Sequence record: SRR22947725_362
Length of the DNA stretch: 53,847 nucleotides
Reading direction: 5' to 3' (one strand)
Shown: piece by piece, positions 1-9,718 of the stretch
How the letters are laid out: each line of letters opens with the position of its first letter
Numbering within the stretch: the stretch's first letter is position 1
Notes under the pieces: model-generated
Seen by the model: only the letters and a program-made list of their open reading frames with translations
What the model was told of the DNA's origin: nothing
The model's database searches: none
Position numbers and translations under genes: made by a program

Positions 1-48
1 AAAATTGAAGCAACACAGAAAACTCTTGAGGCTGCCGGCTGTCTGTAA
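1..48 (+). CDS. 3' end of upstream gene (partial), probably the ABC substrate-binding protein of the Fe3+ importer
   Basis: Frame 1 reads KIEATQKTLEAAGCL then TAA at 46-48; identity inferred only from its position before the permease and ATPase. Confidence 0.45.
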   Translation, partial: KIEATQKTLEAAGCL

Positions 49-86
49 TAACGGATAACAAGTCTAAAATAGCTTTAAAACTTTTT

Positions 87-1628
87 ATGGTGGCAGGCCT
101 TTTGTTGGTCCTGCTGCCATTTTTCGTCTCAATACGCGATGTCTCCGGTTGGGAAGGAAATCTTTTTGAAGCTTTAACGGCGCCTCGTATAAGAAGCTCT
201 ATTTATGGTAGTTTACTCCTAGCTTTTAGTACGGCGTTGGCTGGTGCCTTAATTGGCGTTCCTGCCGCTTATTTCCTCGCGCGTTATAAAATTCCCTTTG
301 CTAAATCATGGGTTCTTTTATTAACCCTTCCTTTGGTGATGCCTTCTTATATAAGTGCTTATAGTTACCTGGCCGCACTAGGCCGTTTTGGCTTTTTTGA
401 AAATATTTTCGGGGTCGCTTTCCCACTGACAGTGAAGGGAGAGCTTTTTGGTTCCTGGTTAAGTATGACGATGGTGAATTTTCCCTTCGTTTTTCTCATG
501 ACTTATGCCGCTTTACTTAATCTACCTGCTTCTTTAGAGGAGAGTGCTTTAACCTTGGGTTATTCGCCACGTCAGGTCTTTTTTAAAATTGTCTTGCCAA
601 ATGTTAAGGTTCCTATTGCCTCTGGGATGTTATTGATAGCGCTTTATTCTTTAAGCGATTTTGGCACACCGGCGATCATGAATTATAAAACCCTGACTTT
701 TGAAATTTTTAAGTATTGGGATATCGGCCGCTTTAGTCATTCTTCTCTCTATGCCTTGGTATTAATCGTTCTGGCTTTCTTAATTCTTTTTGCCGAAGGT
801 TTACTCAATCGCCGTAGTCATTTTGAATTGAAGAATAAAAACTGTAAACCTATGCGTAAAGATAAACTGTCTTGGAAGGCCAATGGTCTGATCTTAAGTT
901 TTTTATCGTCTGTTGTTTTTATGGCCATAGTTCTGCCTGTATTAACCATTTTTTATTGGGCAATGCAAGGCCGAGAAAAATTTTCGGTGAGCGATACCTT
1001 AGGCGCGGCTACTTACAATTCGGTAACCCTAGCTTTGTTGACTGCGAGCTTCACCTTACTTTTCGCCTTTCCATTTGCGTGGTTGGCGATTCGTGAAAAA
1101 GGGAAGTTTGGCTATGTGGCAGATAAGGTATCTTTTCTGGGTAACATGATCCCAGGAGTGGTGATCGCCTTGGCACTTGTGAGTTTCTTTGTGAGTTTTA
1201 GAGTGGGGGAGTTTACCCTTTACCATACTTTAGCAATGCCTGTTTTAGGTTGTGCTATACGTTTTCTACCTCAAGCCGTGAGTTCATTGAAGACATCGCT
1301 TGTTCAGCTCAACCCTTCATTGGAGGAAGCCTCTTTATCTTTAGGGAGAACTTCACTTGAGACTTTTAAGACTGTGACATTACCCCTTATTCGACCGGGA
1401 GCTTTGGCAGCTTTTGCCTTAGTTTTTATTACGACGATAAAAGAATTACCGATAACGTTGATGCTATCTCCGCCGGGTAGACGCTACATGACGCAGAATA
1501 TATGGGACTTTATAGATGAAGCTGAGTATTCGAGAGTAGCAGTACCTGCCTTATTGCTGTTGATTATTTCTTCTCTATCGTTATTCTTTATTCTCAAACA
1601 GAATAAAAGAAGCGTCAATGGACAGTGA
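87..1628 (+). CDS. Iron(III)/FbpB-type ABC transporter permease with two BPD_transp_1 domains; start may be CTG at 39
   Basis: Many TM helices; two EAA loops (LEESALTLG, LEEASLSLG); LPLVMPSY and SLSDFGTP motifs; frame open upstream to CTG at 39. Confidence 0.85.
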   Translation: MVAGLLLVLLPFFVSIRDVSGWEGNLFEALTAPRIRSSIYGSLLLAFSTALAGALIGVPAAYFLARYKIPFAKSWVLLLTLPLVMPSYISAYSYLAALGRFGFFENIFGVAFPLTVKGELFGSWLSMTMVNFPFVFLMTYAALLNLPASLEESALTLGYSPRQVFFKIVLPNVKVPIASGMLLIALYSLSDFGTPAIMNYKTLTFEIFKYWDIGRFSHSSLYALVLIVLAFLILFAEGLLNRRSHFELKNKNCKPMRKDKLSWKANGLILSFLSSVVFMAIVLPVLTIFYWAMQGREKFSVSDTLGAATYNSVTLALLTASFTLLFAFPFAWLAIREKGKFGYVADKVSFLGNMIPGVVIALALVSFFVSFRVGEFTLYHTLAMPVLGCAIRFLPQAVSSLKTSLVQLNPSLEEASLSLGRTSLETFKTVTLPLIRPGALAAFALVFITTIKELPITLMLSPPGRRYMTQNIWDFIDEAEYSRVAVPALLLLIISSLSLFFILKQNKRSVNGQ

Positions 1629-2637
1629 TTTCCTTAAGGTAGAAAATTTTTCCAAGAAATTTGGTGATTTTACTGCGGTTAATAATGTATCTTTTTCTCT
1701 TGCTAATGGCGAGTCTTTTGCCTTACTAGGTGAAAGCGGTTGTGGTAAGACGACTCTCTTGCGTTGTATTGCCGGCTTAGAAAACGGCTGTGCAGGAAAG
1801 ATCTCAGTAGGAGGGAAATCCTTTTTTGATCAGAAATCCTTAGTACCAATAAATAAGCGCAATATTGGCCTAGTGTTCCAGGATTATGCCGTATTTCCTC
1901 ATAAGTCGATTGCCGAGAATATCGTTTTTGGAGTTAAAGATAAGTCTCAGCATGACTCCCTTTTAAATGAGATGTTGAAGCTTTTTAAGTTGGAAGATCA
2001 ACGGCATAAAATGCCAGACCAGCTTTCGGGAGGGCAATTACAAAGAGTTGCCATTGCTCGAACATTGGCATCGTCCCCCTCGTTAATTTTATTGGATGAA
2101 CCATTTTCAAATCTGGATAGACAATTAGGCGTGGCACTGCGTCACGAATTGAAAGAGATTTTTAAAAGTCAAAAATTGGCATCGATTTTAGTGACTCATG
2201 ACCAACAAGAAGCCTTTGCTTATGCCGATCGAGTTGCGGTGATGAAAGAGGGCAAAATTCTTCAATGTGATAGTCCTGAAAATGTCTATCTACAGCCGGC
2301 GTCTTTAGAGGTCGCCATGTTTTTAGGTAATTGTCAGTTCCTCTACGGCGAAGCTCATGGTGATTACGCAGAAACAGCCATTGGTAAAATTAAACTTCAA
2401 GAATCACTTACCGGGCGTGTAAAATTATTGATTCGACCGGAATGTTTAGATTTGCTAGAGGAGTCTACAGGTGATTTTGAGATTCTTGAAGATATCTTTC
2501 ATGGTGGTTTCAGAGAACTAAAAGTAAGTGATGGCAACTTAAAACTTCTCTGTCAGATGCCTTCCTATCAAGCTTTACCCAGTAAGCAAAAGGTTTCCTT
2601 GAAAGTAAACGGCTCGGTTGCGGCGTTCCAAGTTTAG
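1618..2637 (+). CDS. FbpC/PotA-type ABC transporter ATP-binding protein
   Basis: Walker A GESGCGKT, VFQDYAVFPH, signature LSGGQ, Walker B LLDEPFSNLD, VTHD; overlaps permease stop. Confidence 0.9.
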   Translation: MDSDFLKVENFSKKFGDFTAVNNVSFSLANGESFALLGESGCGKTTLLRCIAGLENGCAGKISVGGKSFFDQKSLVPINKRNIGLVFQDYAVFPHKSIAENIVFGVKDKSQHDSLLNEMLKLFKLEDQRHKMPDQLSGGQLQRVAIARTLASSPSLILLDEPFSNLDRQLGVALRHELKEIFKSQKLASILVTHDQQEAFAYADRVAVMKEGKILQCDSPENVYLQPASLEVAMFLGNCQFLYGEAHGDYAETAIGKIKLQESLTGRVKLLIRPECLDLLEESTGDFEILEDIFHGGFRELKVSDGNLKLLCQMPSYQALPSKQKVSLKVNGSVAAFQV

Positions 2638-2681
2638 TAAAGTAAGCTATGAGATAGATCAAATGCTTATATTTGGGCAAT

Positions 2682-2712
2682 AAAAAAGCCACCCCAAAAG
2701 AGAGCGGCTTTA
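2682..2712 (-). terminator. Intrinsic terminator between convergent genes
   Basis: Minus strand reads AAAGCCGCTC-TCTTTTG-GGGTGGCTTT followed by T-tract; stem includes G-U pairs. Confidence 0.7.
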
Positions 2713-2731
2713 AAATTTTGTAAATCAGAGC

Positions 2732-3127
2732 TTAGTCTTTGTAAGCACCGTGACAGTCACTGCAGATACTTTTGACATCTTTCCAAAATTCTTCTGCTTT
2801 CTTTGTATCTTTCTTTTTGATAGCAGCAGCAAGTTTATCGGTGTATTCAACGAGTTCATTAGAGAGCTCATTAAATTCTTTATCAGGGTGCTTAATCTTA
2901 AGTAGAGATTTTGCGGCTTTTTGGAGTTTGGCAACTTCACGAGCAAAATTAGTCGTGACATAGAGTTTGGAAGTCGCCATTTTCTTGAGGGCCTTTTCAG
3001 GATTCTTCATTTGTTTCATATTTCTTTCGATGGCTTTTACCGTTCTGGCATCGGCTTTCCCGGCACTCATTAGAAAAAGGCTGAGGATTGAAAGTAAGAA
3101 AAAGTTGAGAGCTTGTTTTAAAGTCAT
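2732..3127 (-). CDS. Periplasmic class II cytochrome c (c'/c556 family)
   Basis: Signal peptide, helical Lys-rich body, single C-terminal heme motif CSDCH. Confidence 0.8.
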   Translation of the reverse strand: MTLKQALNFFLLSILSLFLMSAGKADARTVKAIERNMKQMKNPEKALKKMATSKLYVTTNFAREVAKLQKAAKSLLKIKHPDKEFNELSNELVEYTDKLAAAIKKKDTKKAEEFWKDVKSICSDCHGAYKD

Positions 3128-3218
3128 TTGGTTTCCTTTAGTCTATTCACACGATTACACTTTTAAAATATAGTCACTAATTATAAAATAAAAAAGGTGC
3201 CCATTTCCACAGCTTTTA

Positions 3219-5177
3219 TTATTTTTTCCGAAGTTCGGCGATTTTATCTCTCAAGGCGGCGGCTCTTTCAAATTCGAGATTTTCGGCGGCTTCCAGCATT
3301 TCCTTATTGAGCTTCTCTAAAAAAGCTTCCAAATCGTAGATCTCTTCGCCTTCTGCGACTTCTAGTGACTCTTCTTCTTTTTCGGATTTGTACATGTGTA
3401 AACCCATTTGAATCGCTCGTTTTACGCTGCGGGGGGTTATGCCATTTTCTTCATTGTAGCGTTGTTGCTTTTGTCGCCGTTCATCACTGATATCTATGAG
3501 CTTTTTCATACTTTTTGTCATGCGGTCGGCGTAGAGGATAACCTTGCCCTTGGCATTTCGTGCGGCTCTACCAGCGATTTGTATAAGGGCTGTTTCTGAC
3601 CGTAAGAAGCCTTCTTTATCGGCGTCGAGTATGGCAACAAGCGAAACTTCCGGCAAGTCCATACCTTCTCGTAAAAGGTTAATGCCAATAAGGCAGTCTA
3701 TGGTACCTTCACGAAGAGATTTGAGGATGTCGATGCGTTCAATGACGTCGATATCAGAATGGATGTACTTAGCTTTGACACCAAGGTCGCGAAGGTAATC
3801 ACTCAAGTCTTCAGAAGTTTTCTTAGTTAGGCAAGTCACTAATACTCTTTCTTTCTTAATGATTCGTTCTTTAATTTCATGAAGAAGGTCATCGATCTGG
3901 TCAGCTAATGGTTTAACTTCTATTTCGGGATCGAGTAATCCAGTCGGCCTGACAACGAGTTCAGCAACTTTACTTTTCTTGCTTTCGTACTCTGCCGGAG
4001 TTGCCGAAACAAAAATGCTTTGATTCATCATGGATTCAAATTCAGTGAAATTCAACGGGCGGTTATCGAGAGCAGAATGTAAGCGGAAACCATGATCAAC
4101 GAGTACCTGCTTGCGACTGCGGTCGGCATTGTACATGGCTCTAAATTGAGGCACGGAAACATGGGACTCATCCATAACTAAAAGATAATCATCGGGAAAG
4201 AAGTCCAAAAGTGTGTAAGGTCGGTCACCTTCATTGCGGCCGGTCATATGGCGAGAATAATTTTCGATGCCATTGCAATAACCGAGTTCTTTGAGCATTT
4301 CCATATCGTAGTTAGTGCGTTGAAAAATGCGTTGCGCTTCCACTAGTTTTCCCTCTCTTTCAAACTGAGCGACTTGTAGGTGCATTTCATCGAGAATTTT
4401 CGGGATGATGGAGTCAATCTTATCTCGGGGCGCGGCAAAGTGTGTGGCTGGGAAAATGACCGCTTCTTGCAGTTCAGACAAGGTCTTGTTTGTCATGCTT
4501 TCTTTGTGAGTGATAGCTTCGATCTCATCGCCCCAAAATTCGATCCTGAGGTAATCATCGCGATAAGAGGGGTAGACATCGACAACATCGCCTTTGACCG
4601 AAAAGTGGCCGCGAGTCGGAGCTATGTCGTTGCGGTTATACTGTGAGTCGACGAGAGCCTTTATGAATAAGTCGCGATTCATTTCTTCACCGACCTCCAA
4701 GAGTATCTGTAGAGACTGGATATCGCTCGGGTCACCAAGTCCGTAAATACAGGAAACACTGGCAACGACAATAACATCTCTTCTCTCTAAGAGTGAACAG
4801 GTTGTCGATAAGCGATACTTCTCGATCTCTTCATTTATAGAGGAATCCTTAGCGATGTAGGTGTCGGTTGTGGGGACGTAGGCTTCAGGCTGATAATAAT
4901 CGTAATAACTGACGAAATACTCGACTCGATTATTCGGGAAAAAATGCTTAAATTCACTAAAGAGTTGTGCTGCCAGAGTTTTATTCTGTGAAACGACCAA
5001 TGTGGGACGGTTCACTTTTTCAATGACATTGGCAATGGTATATGTTTTACCTGAACCAGTGACGCCAAGTAGAGTTTGATTTTTCTCTCCGTCGTTTAAA
5101 CCTTTGACCAATTGCTTTATGGCGGCGGGTTGATCACCGGCAGGTTGGTACTCAGACTCTAGTTGAAATTTATTCAT
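3219..5177 (-). CDS. uvrB: Excinuclease ABC subunit B
   Basis: PAGDQP, GVTGSGKT, YYDYYQPEAY, DESH, LDADKEGFLRS, C-terminal UVR motif LEFERAAALRD. Confidence 0.98.
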   Translation of the reverse strand: MNKFQLESEYQPAGDQPAAIKQLVKGLNDGEKNQTLLGVTGSGKTYTIANVIEKVNRPTLVVSQNKTLAAQLFSEFKHFFPNNRVEYFVSYYDYYQPEAYVPTTDTYIAKDSSINEEIEKYRLSTTCSLLERRDVIVVASVSCIYGLGDPSDIQSLQILLEVGEEMNRDLFIKALVDSQYNRNDIAPTRGHFSVKGDVVDVYPSYRDDYLRIEFWGDEIEAITHKESMTNKTLSELQEAVIFPATHFAAPRDKIDSIIPKILDEMHLQVAQFEREGKLVEAQRIFQRTNYDMEMLKELGYCNGIENYSRHMTGRNEGDRPYTLLDFFPDDYLLVMDESHVSVPQFRAMYNADRSRKQVLVDHGFRLHSALDNRPLNFTEFESMMNQSIFVSATPAEYESKKSKVAELVVRPTGLLDPEIEVKPLADQIDDLLHEIKERIIKKERVLVTCLTKKTSEDLSDYLRDLGVKAKYIHSDIDVIERIDILKSLREGTIDCLIGINLLREGMDLPEVSLVAILDADKEGFLRSETALIQIAGRAARNAKGKVILYADRMTKSMKKLIDISDERRQKQQRYNEENGITPRSVKRAIQMGLHMYKSEKEEESLEVAEGEEIYDLEAFLEKLNKEMLEAAENLEFERAAALRDKIAELRKK

Positions 5178-6051
5178 TTGTAATGGTTTTTAGATTCTCA
5201 ATATTCTTGTTCATTTCACTAATATAGTCTTCGCTAGGCGGAGTATTACCACAAGGTCGAAAAATAATTATTTTAATACCCATACTCGCCAAGCGCTGTT
5301 TGATTTCTGTGCGAGGTTCATCTTCCCAAAGCATATATGAACTATGCTTTTTAAGGCCTTCTAACTTCTGCCATTCTTGCTCGTCGGGCATGACATCAGG
5401 TTCCCAAAGAAAACTTTTAATGTTGAGTTGATACGCTTCACCTAGGTACTGGTAGACTGGATGTGATGCAAGAAATGCCTTTTGATTTTTAAATGAGGAG
5501 TCGAGCTCTTTATAAATGAAGCTTAATTTTGCATTGAGCTCCTTATGGCGTGTGCTTATAGCCTCTGCTTGATTTGGGTAGGCCTCTTTGAGTCTTTTAC
5601 TGACTTCGGCGATTTGGGCTGTCATAAGTGTTGGACTGAGCCAGGTGGTAAAAGCAGTGCCGTCATGGCTGTGACTTTGGCCATTATGAATATGAGTGCT
5701 TGCATCGTTAATCGTAATAAGGCTGGCTTCAAGATCAGTTGTGGTATCGACAATTTTAGATGTGGGGAGAGACACGGTTTCAAGCCACTTTTCATAAGTC
5801 GCCCCATTTAGAAAAATGATATCGGCTTCAGTAAGCTGTTGAATGTCAGAAGGCTCAGGTTGCCAAAAAGCAGGGTCGATATTTTCTGGGATAGGGTACT
5901 TCACAGTTTCTTCTGGTACTAAGGAATTACAGATCCAATAGAGGGAATAATTACTGACGGCGATAGTCAAAGGTTTGTCGATATTGGGTGATTTGGTTTC
6001 TTTTTTGCAGCTTACCGAGAAAATGAAGATAAAGAGGATGAATAAGCGCAT
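5170..6051 (-). CDS. ZnuA/TroA-like metal-binding lipoprotein (atypical)
   Basis: Lipobox-like SVSC, IIFLNGATYEKW, His-rich loop HIHNGQSHSHDG, SHPVYQYL. Confidence 0.75.
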   Translation of the reverse strand: MRLFILFIFIFSVSCKKETKSPNIDKPLTIAVSNYSLYWICNSLVPEETVKYPIPENIDPAFWQPEPSDIQQLTEADIIFLNGATYEKWLETVSLPTSKIVDTTTDLEASLITINDASTHIHNGQSHSHDGTAFTTWLSPTLMTAQIAEVSKRLKEAYPNQAEAISTRHKELNAKLSFIYKELDSSFKNQKAFLASHPVYQYLGEAYQLNIKSFLWEPDVMPDEQEWQKLEGLKKHSSYMLWEDEPRTEIKQRLASMGIKIIIFRPCGNTPPSEDYISEMNKNIENLKTITNE

Positions 6052-6053
6052 GA

Positions 6054-7169
6054 TCAGCCTTTGGTGATTTGGTCAAATAATTGTAGAAGAAGAGGTTCGA
6101 AAGTGAAACTGAGTAGGGCGCCAATACAACAGCCACAAATAAAAAGCAAAGTCCATTCTGCACAAACGAGCCTTGGGAAAAAGCTTGTTTCTATTCCTAT
6201 GCGTTCAAAAAGTTGCCGCTCGTCTTGGCGTAGTTTTATGGTGAGGTAGATCAATAGACCAAAGAGAATTGTTATGAGTGTGAGCACCAGGATAAGGATT
6301 CCTGTAAAGAGGTTTTCCAATTGGAAAATAATCTTCAGGAAGGCTTTTAAGCCAGTCTCGGGTTTTATAATATCGATTGTTTTATTGCCATTGGCGTCGG
6401 TCATAATCATTGTCGCTTGTTGAGGCGAATTGGGCAAAAGGAGGGTGGCGGTTAAAGGGTAATCTTTGATGTCGCCATGAAAGTGGAAATCTTTTAGGCT
6501 TTCCTTATTAAACTTTACATACTTTATACTCAGGTCCGGACCTTTGGTGTTGGCTAGATGTGAATGGCCAAGGCCGTGTAGAGTCCAGCTCGTCTTAAGG
6601 CTGGTGAAAACAACCTTGTCGTCTGGGCTTTCTGTAGGCTTTAAAATGCCACAGATAGTAAGTTCTACAGGTATACTCCCGCCTGGGTCGAAGGCATTTA
6701 CGGCATCGGAAATAATAGTATCACCAAGTTTCAGTTGATGCTTTTTGGCGATCTCACTGCCGATGGTGCACTCACCTAACTGACTGAAAATTCGGCCACT
6801 TTCTAGCTCTAGCTGGCGCATAGAGAAGTACTCGAGATCTGTGCCGCAAATGGGTTTTCCTTGGTAACTATAGATATTGAATAAACCGCACTTCGCTATG
6901 TCTTCTTTGATGAAATCGATATCTGAAACCTTGATGAAGCCGTTATTATTTTGACGGAAATAAAAGGCGCTCATGATCAGGTCGACATTTGTACCTTGAG
7001 GACCTGCAATAACGAGATCTCCTTGAGTGCGTTTCATGAGGTGATCTGCATAGTGTTGCAGGCTTGAATTTAAGAGCAAAAATAGGATGAAGCTGAGGCT
7101 GATAATGCCAATGGTGACAAGCGAAATAAATTTTCTATGGAGGATTCGTTTGAGGGCCAACTTAAACAT
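6054..7169 (-). CDS. MacB/FtsX-type ABC permease with His-rich periplasmic loop
   Basis: N-terminal TM, large periplasmic domain (GRIF, IGSEIAK, LKLGDTI), C-terminal TMs; HGLGHSH and FHFHG motifs. Confidence 0.75.
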   Translation of the reverse strand: MFKLALKRILHRKFISLVTIGIISLSFILFLLLNSSLQHYADHLMKRTQGDLVIAGPQGTNVDLIMSAFYFRQNNNGFIKVSDIDFIKEDIAKCGLFNIYSYQGKPICGTDLEYFSMRQLELESGRIFSQLGECTIGSEIAKKHQLKLGDTIISDAVNAFDPGGSIPVELTICGILKPTESPDDKVVFTSLKTSWTLHGLGHSHLANTKGPDLSIKYVKFNKESLKDFHFHGDIKDYPLTATLLLPNSPQQATMIMTDANGNKTIDIIKPETGLKAFLKIIFQLENLFTGILILVLTLITILFGLLIYLTIKLRQDERQLFERIGIETSFFPRLVCAEWTLLFICGCCIGALLSFTFEPLLLQLFDQITKG

Positions 7170-7812
7170 TTTCTTCTCCTATGAGATCTTCCATGCAGAT
7201 GACTCGATCAAATTTCTCTAATTGACGTTCGTTATGAGTGATCATCAGTAACGTACTTTGTTTTTCTCGGCACTGTTCAAGGAGTAAACTTGTTATGTTA
7301 TCGCTGTTTTTAGGGTCAAGACTGCTCGTGGGTTCGTCCGCTAAAATAAGCGTGGGTTGACTAATAAGGGCTCGGCAAACAGCAGCTCTTTGTTTTTCTC
7401 CTTCTGAAAGTTGACTCGGCTTTTTACTAAGAAGGGATTCGAGTCCGCAGGTTTCAGTGAGCGATTGGAAATAACTTTCGGAGATTGTTGGTCTTGGAGT
7501 AAATGGCAAAAGGATATTATCTTTAATATTGAGATAACTGAGTAATGCCGAGTCTTGAAGGATCATGCCTAAAGATGAGAAGCGCAGGGCTCGCTTTTTT
7601 TTGTCATTTAACTCTTGGATATTTTGCCCGAGTATAGCGATATCACCTCGAGTATTTATTTCACCAGAGATAATTTTCATCAGAGTTGACTTGCCTGAGC
7701 CACTGCTGCCAGTTAAGGCGACGCATTCCCCGGATTTAACTTCAAAACTTTTAATCTTAAGGTTAAAGTTATCGTTCTTGTAAGCAAAGTTGATGTTCTT
7801 CAGTTGAATCAT
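7162..7812 (-). CDS. LolD/MacB-type ABC ATP-binding protein
   Basis: GSSGSGKST, LSEGEKQR, ILADEPTSSLD, ITH. Confidence 0.9.
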   Translation of the reverse strand: MIQLKNINFAYKNDNFNLKIKSFEVKSGECVALTGSSGSGKSTLMKIISGEINTRGDIAILGQNIQELNDKKKRALRFSSLGMILQDSALLSYLNIKDNILLPFTPRPTISESYFQSLTETCGLESLLSKKPSQLSEGEKQRAAVCRALISQPTLILADEPTSSLDPKNSDNITSLLLEQCREKQSTLLMITHNERQLEKFDRVICMEDLIGEENV

Positions 7813-9020
7813 TCTTGGGCGACCTCGTAAACGGGTAGGATTTCAGCTTTGTCAATAAGCCATTTATTATCGACAAGATCAAAGCTTAAGTGAGCAGAAA
7901 AACTCAGATCCTTGGAGTGAATATGGTTCATGTGGCGGATTATGGCGTTAATCTGCCATTGGCAAAGAACGCGCTGATGGTCTAATTTTTCAATATTATT
8001 AATCGTGACCTGGTCAATAATTTTCAAAGTTTCTGTATTCACAAAAAGACTCTGGTGAAGCTTTTGATAACTTTCATGGAGGAATTCGTCCGTGGCGGCT
8101 AATTCGAGTTGTTTGTAAAGAGCTTCTTTATCTTTAACCGTCAGGGAATTATAGATATGGCCTAAGCGACTTTTGACGAGTTGTTTTAGCTGTTCATTTT
8201 GAGGCAATGTTGCTTGCCGCAAGCTCTCTGTTTGACTTAAGTCTTTAAAAGTAAGCAAGCAAGCTGTGAACATAATCGGGATAAGAGTTATGCCGGTTTT
8301 GAGCTTACCTTGAGGAAGAAATATCCATAGTAGAAAAGCTGCCGATACCGCGATAAGCATAATATAAATACTCATTTGCTGATGACTAGTATGAATAATT
8401 TGCCGATCTATGTAGTTGATGTCGATTTTAGGGGTTTCGGGTACTTTCCCATACCATTGAAAAGAGGGTTTTTCTTGAGAAGTATAAAAGGTTTGGTTTT
8501 CCGGGCCTACAAAGGTAGTGGCGATTTCATAATTCTTTGGGTTAATCTCTTTGCCGTAGGCTTTGTCGATATCTAATAATGCGTTGGGAAATATAAGCCA
8601 CTTTGCAGAGAGCGTTGAGGTATTGGCAGGCATAGGTATAAGAAGGGTAATGCTGACATCAACCTTTTCACTGAAATGGATGCCAGGAGGAAGACCCGAC
8701 TTTGTGTCATCTAAACTTATCTGAATTTCTTTGATGAAGCAGGGTAAAGTTTCTTGCTCTATTGAGAATTCAATAAATGAAGCCTTCTTATCGAGAAGCT
8801 TTTTCTTGAGGTGTTCTTCTTGTCTAATGTTATAGAGCTCGCCAATAAAGTCGAATTTGAAATGCTCTACCAGTAAAGGGAGCGATGTGAAAACATGGAC
8901 TTCTAAAGGGCGACTTTGGTCATAGATCATCAACCCGCTAATTTTAGAAGGTTCTTTGTGAGCCATAGAAATTTGGCACAAAAGCAATAGAGTTAAGTAT
9001 AAAAGAATTCTGCATTTCAT
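7809..9020 (-). CDS. Hypothetical exported membrane protein, first gene of the metal ABC operon
   Basis: Signal peptide ending SMA-H, two internal TM segments, HMNHIH near the C-terminus; ATGA overlap with the ATPase gene. Confidence 0.65.
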   Translation of the reverse strand: MKCRILLYLTLLLLCQISMAHKEPSKISGLMIYDQSRPLEVHVFTSLPLLVEHFKFDFIGELYNIRQEEHLKKKLLDKKASFIEFSIEQETLPCFIKEIQISLDDTKSGLPPGIHFSEKVDVSITLLIPMPANTSTLSAKWLIFPNALLDIDKAYGKEINPKNYEIATTFVGPENQTFYTSQEKPSFQWYGKVPETPKIDINYIDRQIIHTSHQQMSIYIMLIAVSAAFLLWIFLPQGKLKTGITLIPIMFTACLLTFKDLSQTESLRQATLPQNEQLKQLVKSRLGHIYNSLTVKDKEALYKQLELAATDEFLHESYQKLHQSLFVNTETLKIIDQVTINNIEKLDHQRVLCQWQINAIIRHMNHIHSKDLSFSAHLSFDLVDNKWLIDKAEILPVYEVAQE

Positions 9021-9123
9021 GCGCTAATAAACAGCCCGACTGCAGCTTCGTCTAGATTTTTTATTTGATCCCTTGGCAGTTAGTAATTATTTTTACTTAT
9101 GTAGCCAATTTATAAAGAACGAT

Positions 9124-9717
9124 ATGAGTGATAGCCTCCATACGAGACAGACATTAATTGAACGAGTTAAGACCTTTAAAGATAATGATTCCTGGGAAGA
9201 TTTTGTGACTTATTATCGAGGTTATATTTTTGCAGTCATTCAGGGGATGGGCCTCAAAAACCAGGAAGCCGAAGATTTATCGCAAAAAGTTCTTTTGAAT
9301 CTATGGAAGAAATTGCCAGAGTTTGATTACCGTCCAGGGAAATGTAAATTTCGTACATGGCTTTGCACTGTTGTTCGCAATGTCGTGATTTCTGAAATAC
9401 GCCGTCAAACGAGCCGCGGTAAAGGTTTTCAGCGATTGCAGGAGTCCGCAGATGAGGATGCCTTTTCGTTACCAGAGATTGAGCAGATTGCCTTACAGGA
9501 ATGGAAGGCACATGTTGGCAAAATGGCCTGGGAAAATATCAAAGATAGTTTTACCGACAAAGTGATTGAAGCCTTTTTACTTTTTTCAGAAGGGTTGACA
9601 ACTCCTGAAATTGCCGAGAAGCTCAATGTTGAAGCCAATACAGTGAATGTCTATAAGAAGCGAGTACGAGATCGGCTTTGCAAAGAGATCAATTTCTTAG
9701 ACAGTGAACTTGGTTAA
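9124..9717 (+). CDS. ECF-family RNA polymerase sigma factor
   Basis: Region 2 (SWEDFVTYY, EAEDLSQKV, KFRTWL) and region 4 (EIAEKLNVEANTVNVYKKRV); ATG 9124 preferred over TTG 9073. Confidence 0.9.
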   Translation: MSDSLHTRQTLIERVKTFKDNDSWEDFVTYYRGYIFAVIQGMGLKNQEAEDLSQKVLLNLWKKLPEFDYRPGKCKFRTWLCTVVRNVVISEIRRQTSRGKGFQRLQESADEDAFSLPEIEQIALQEWKAHVGKMAWENIKDSFTDKVIEAFLLFSEGLTTPEIAEKLNVEANTVNVYKKRVRDRLCKEINFLDSELG

Positions 9718-9718
9718 G

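Noticed and set aside
9021-9123. Zur/Fur box upstream of the metal ABC operon
   Set aside because: Only a short AT-rich inverted repeat (AGTAA...TTACT); no convincing match to known consensus boxes
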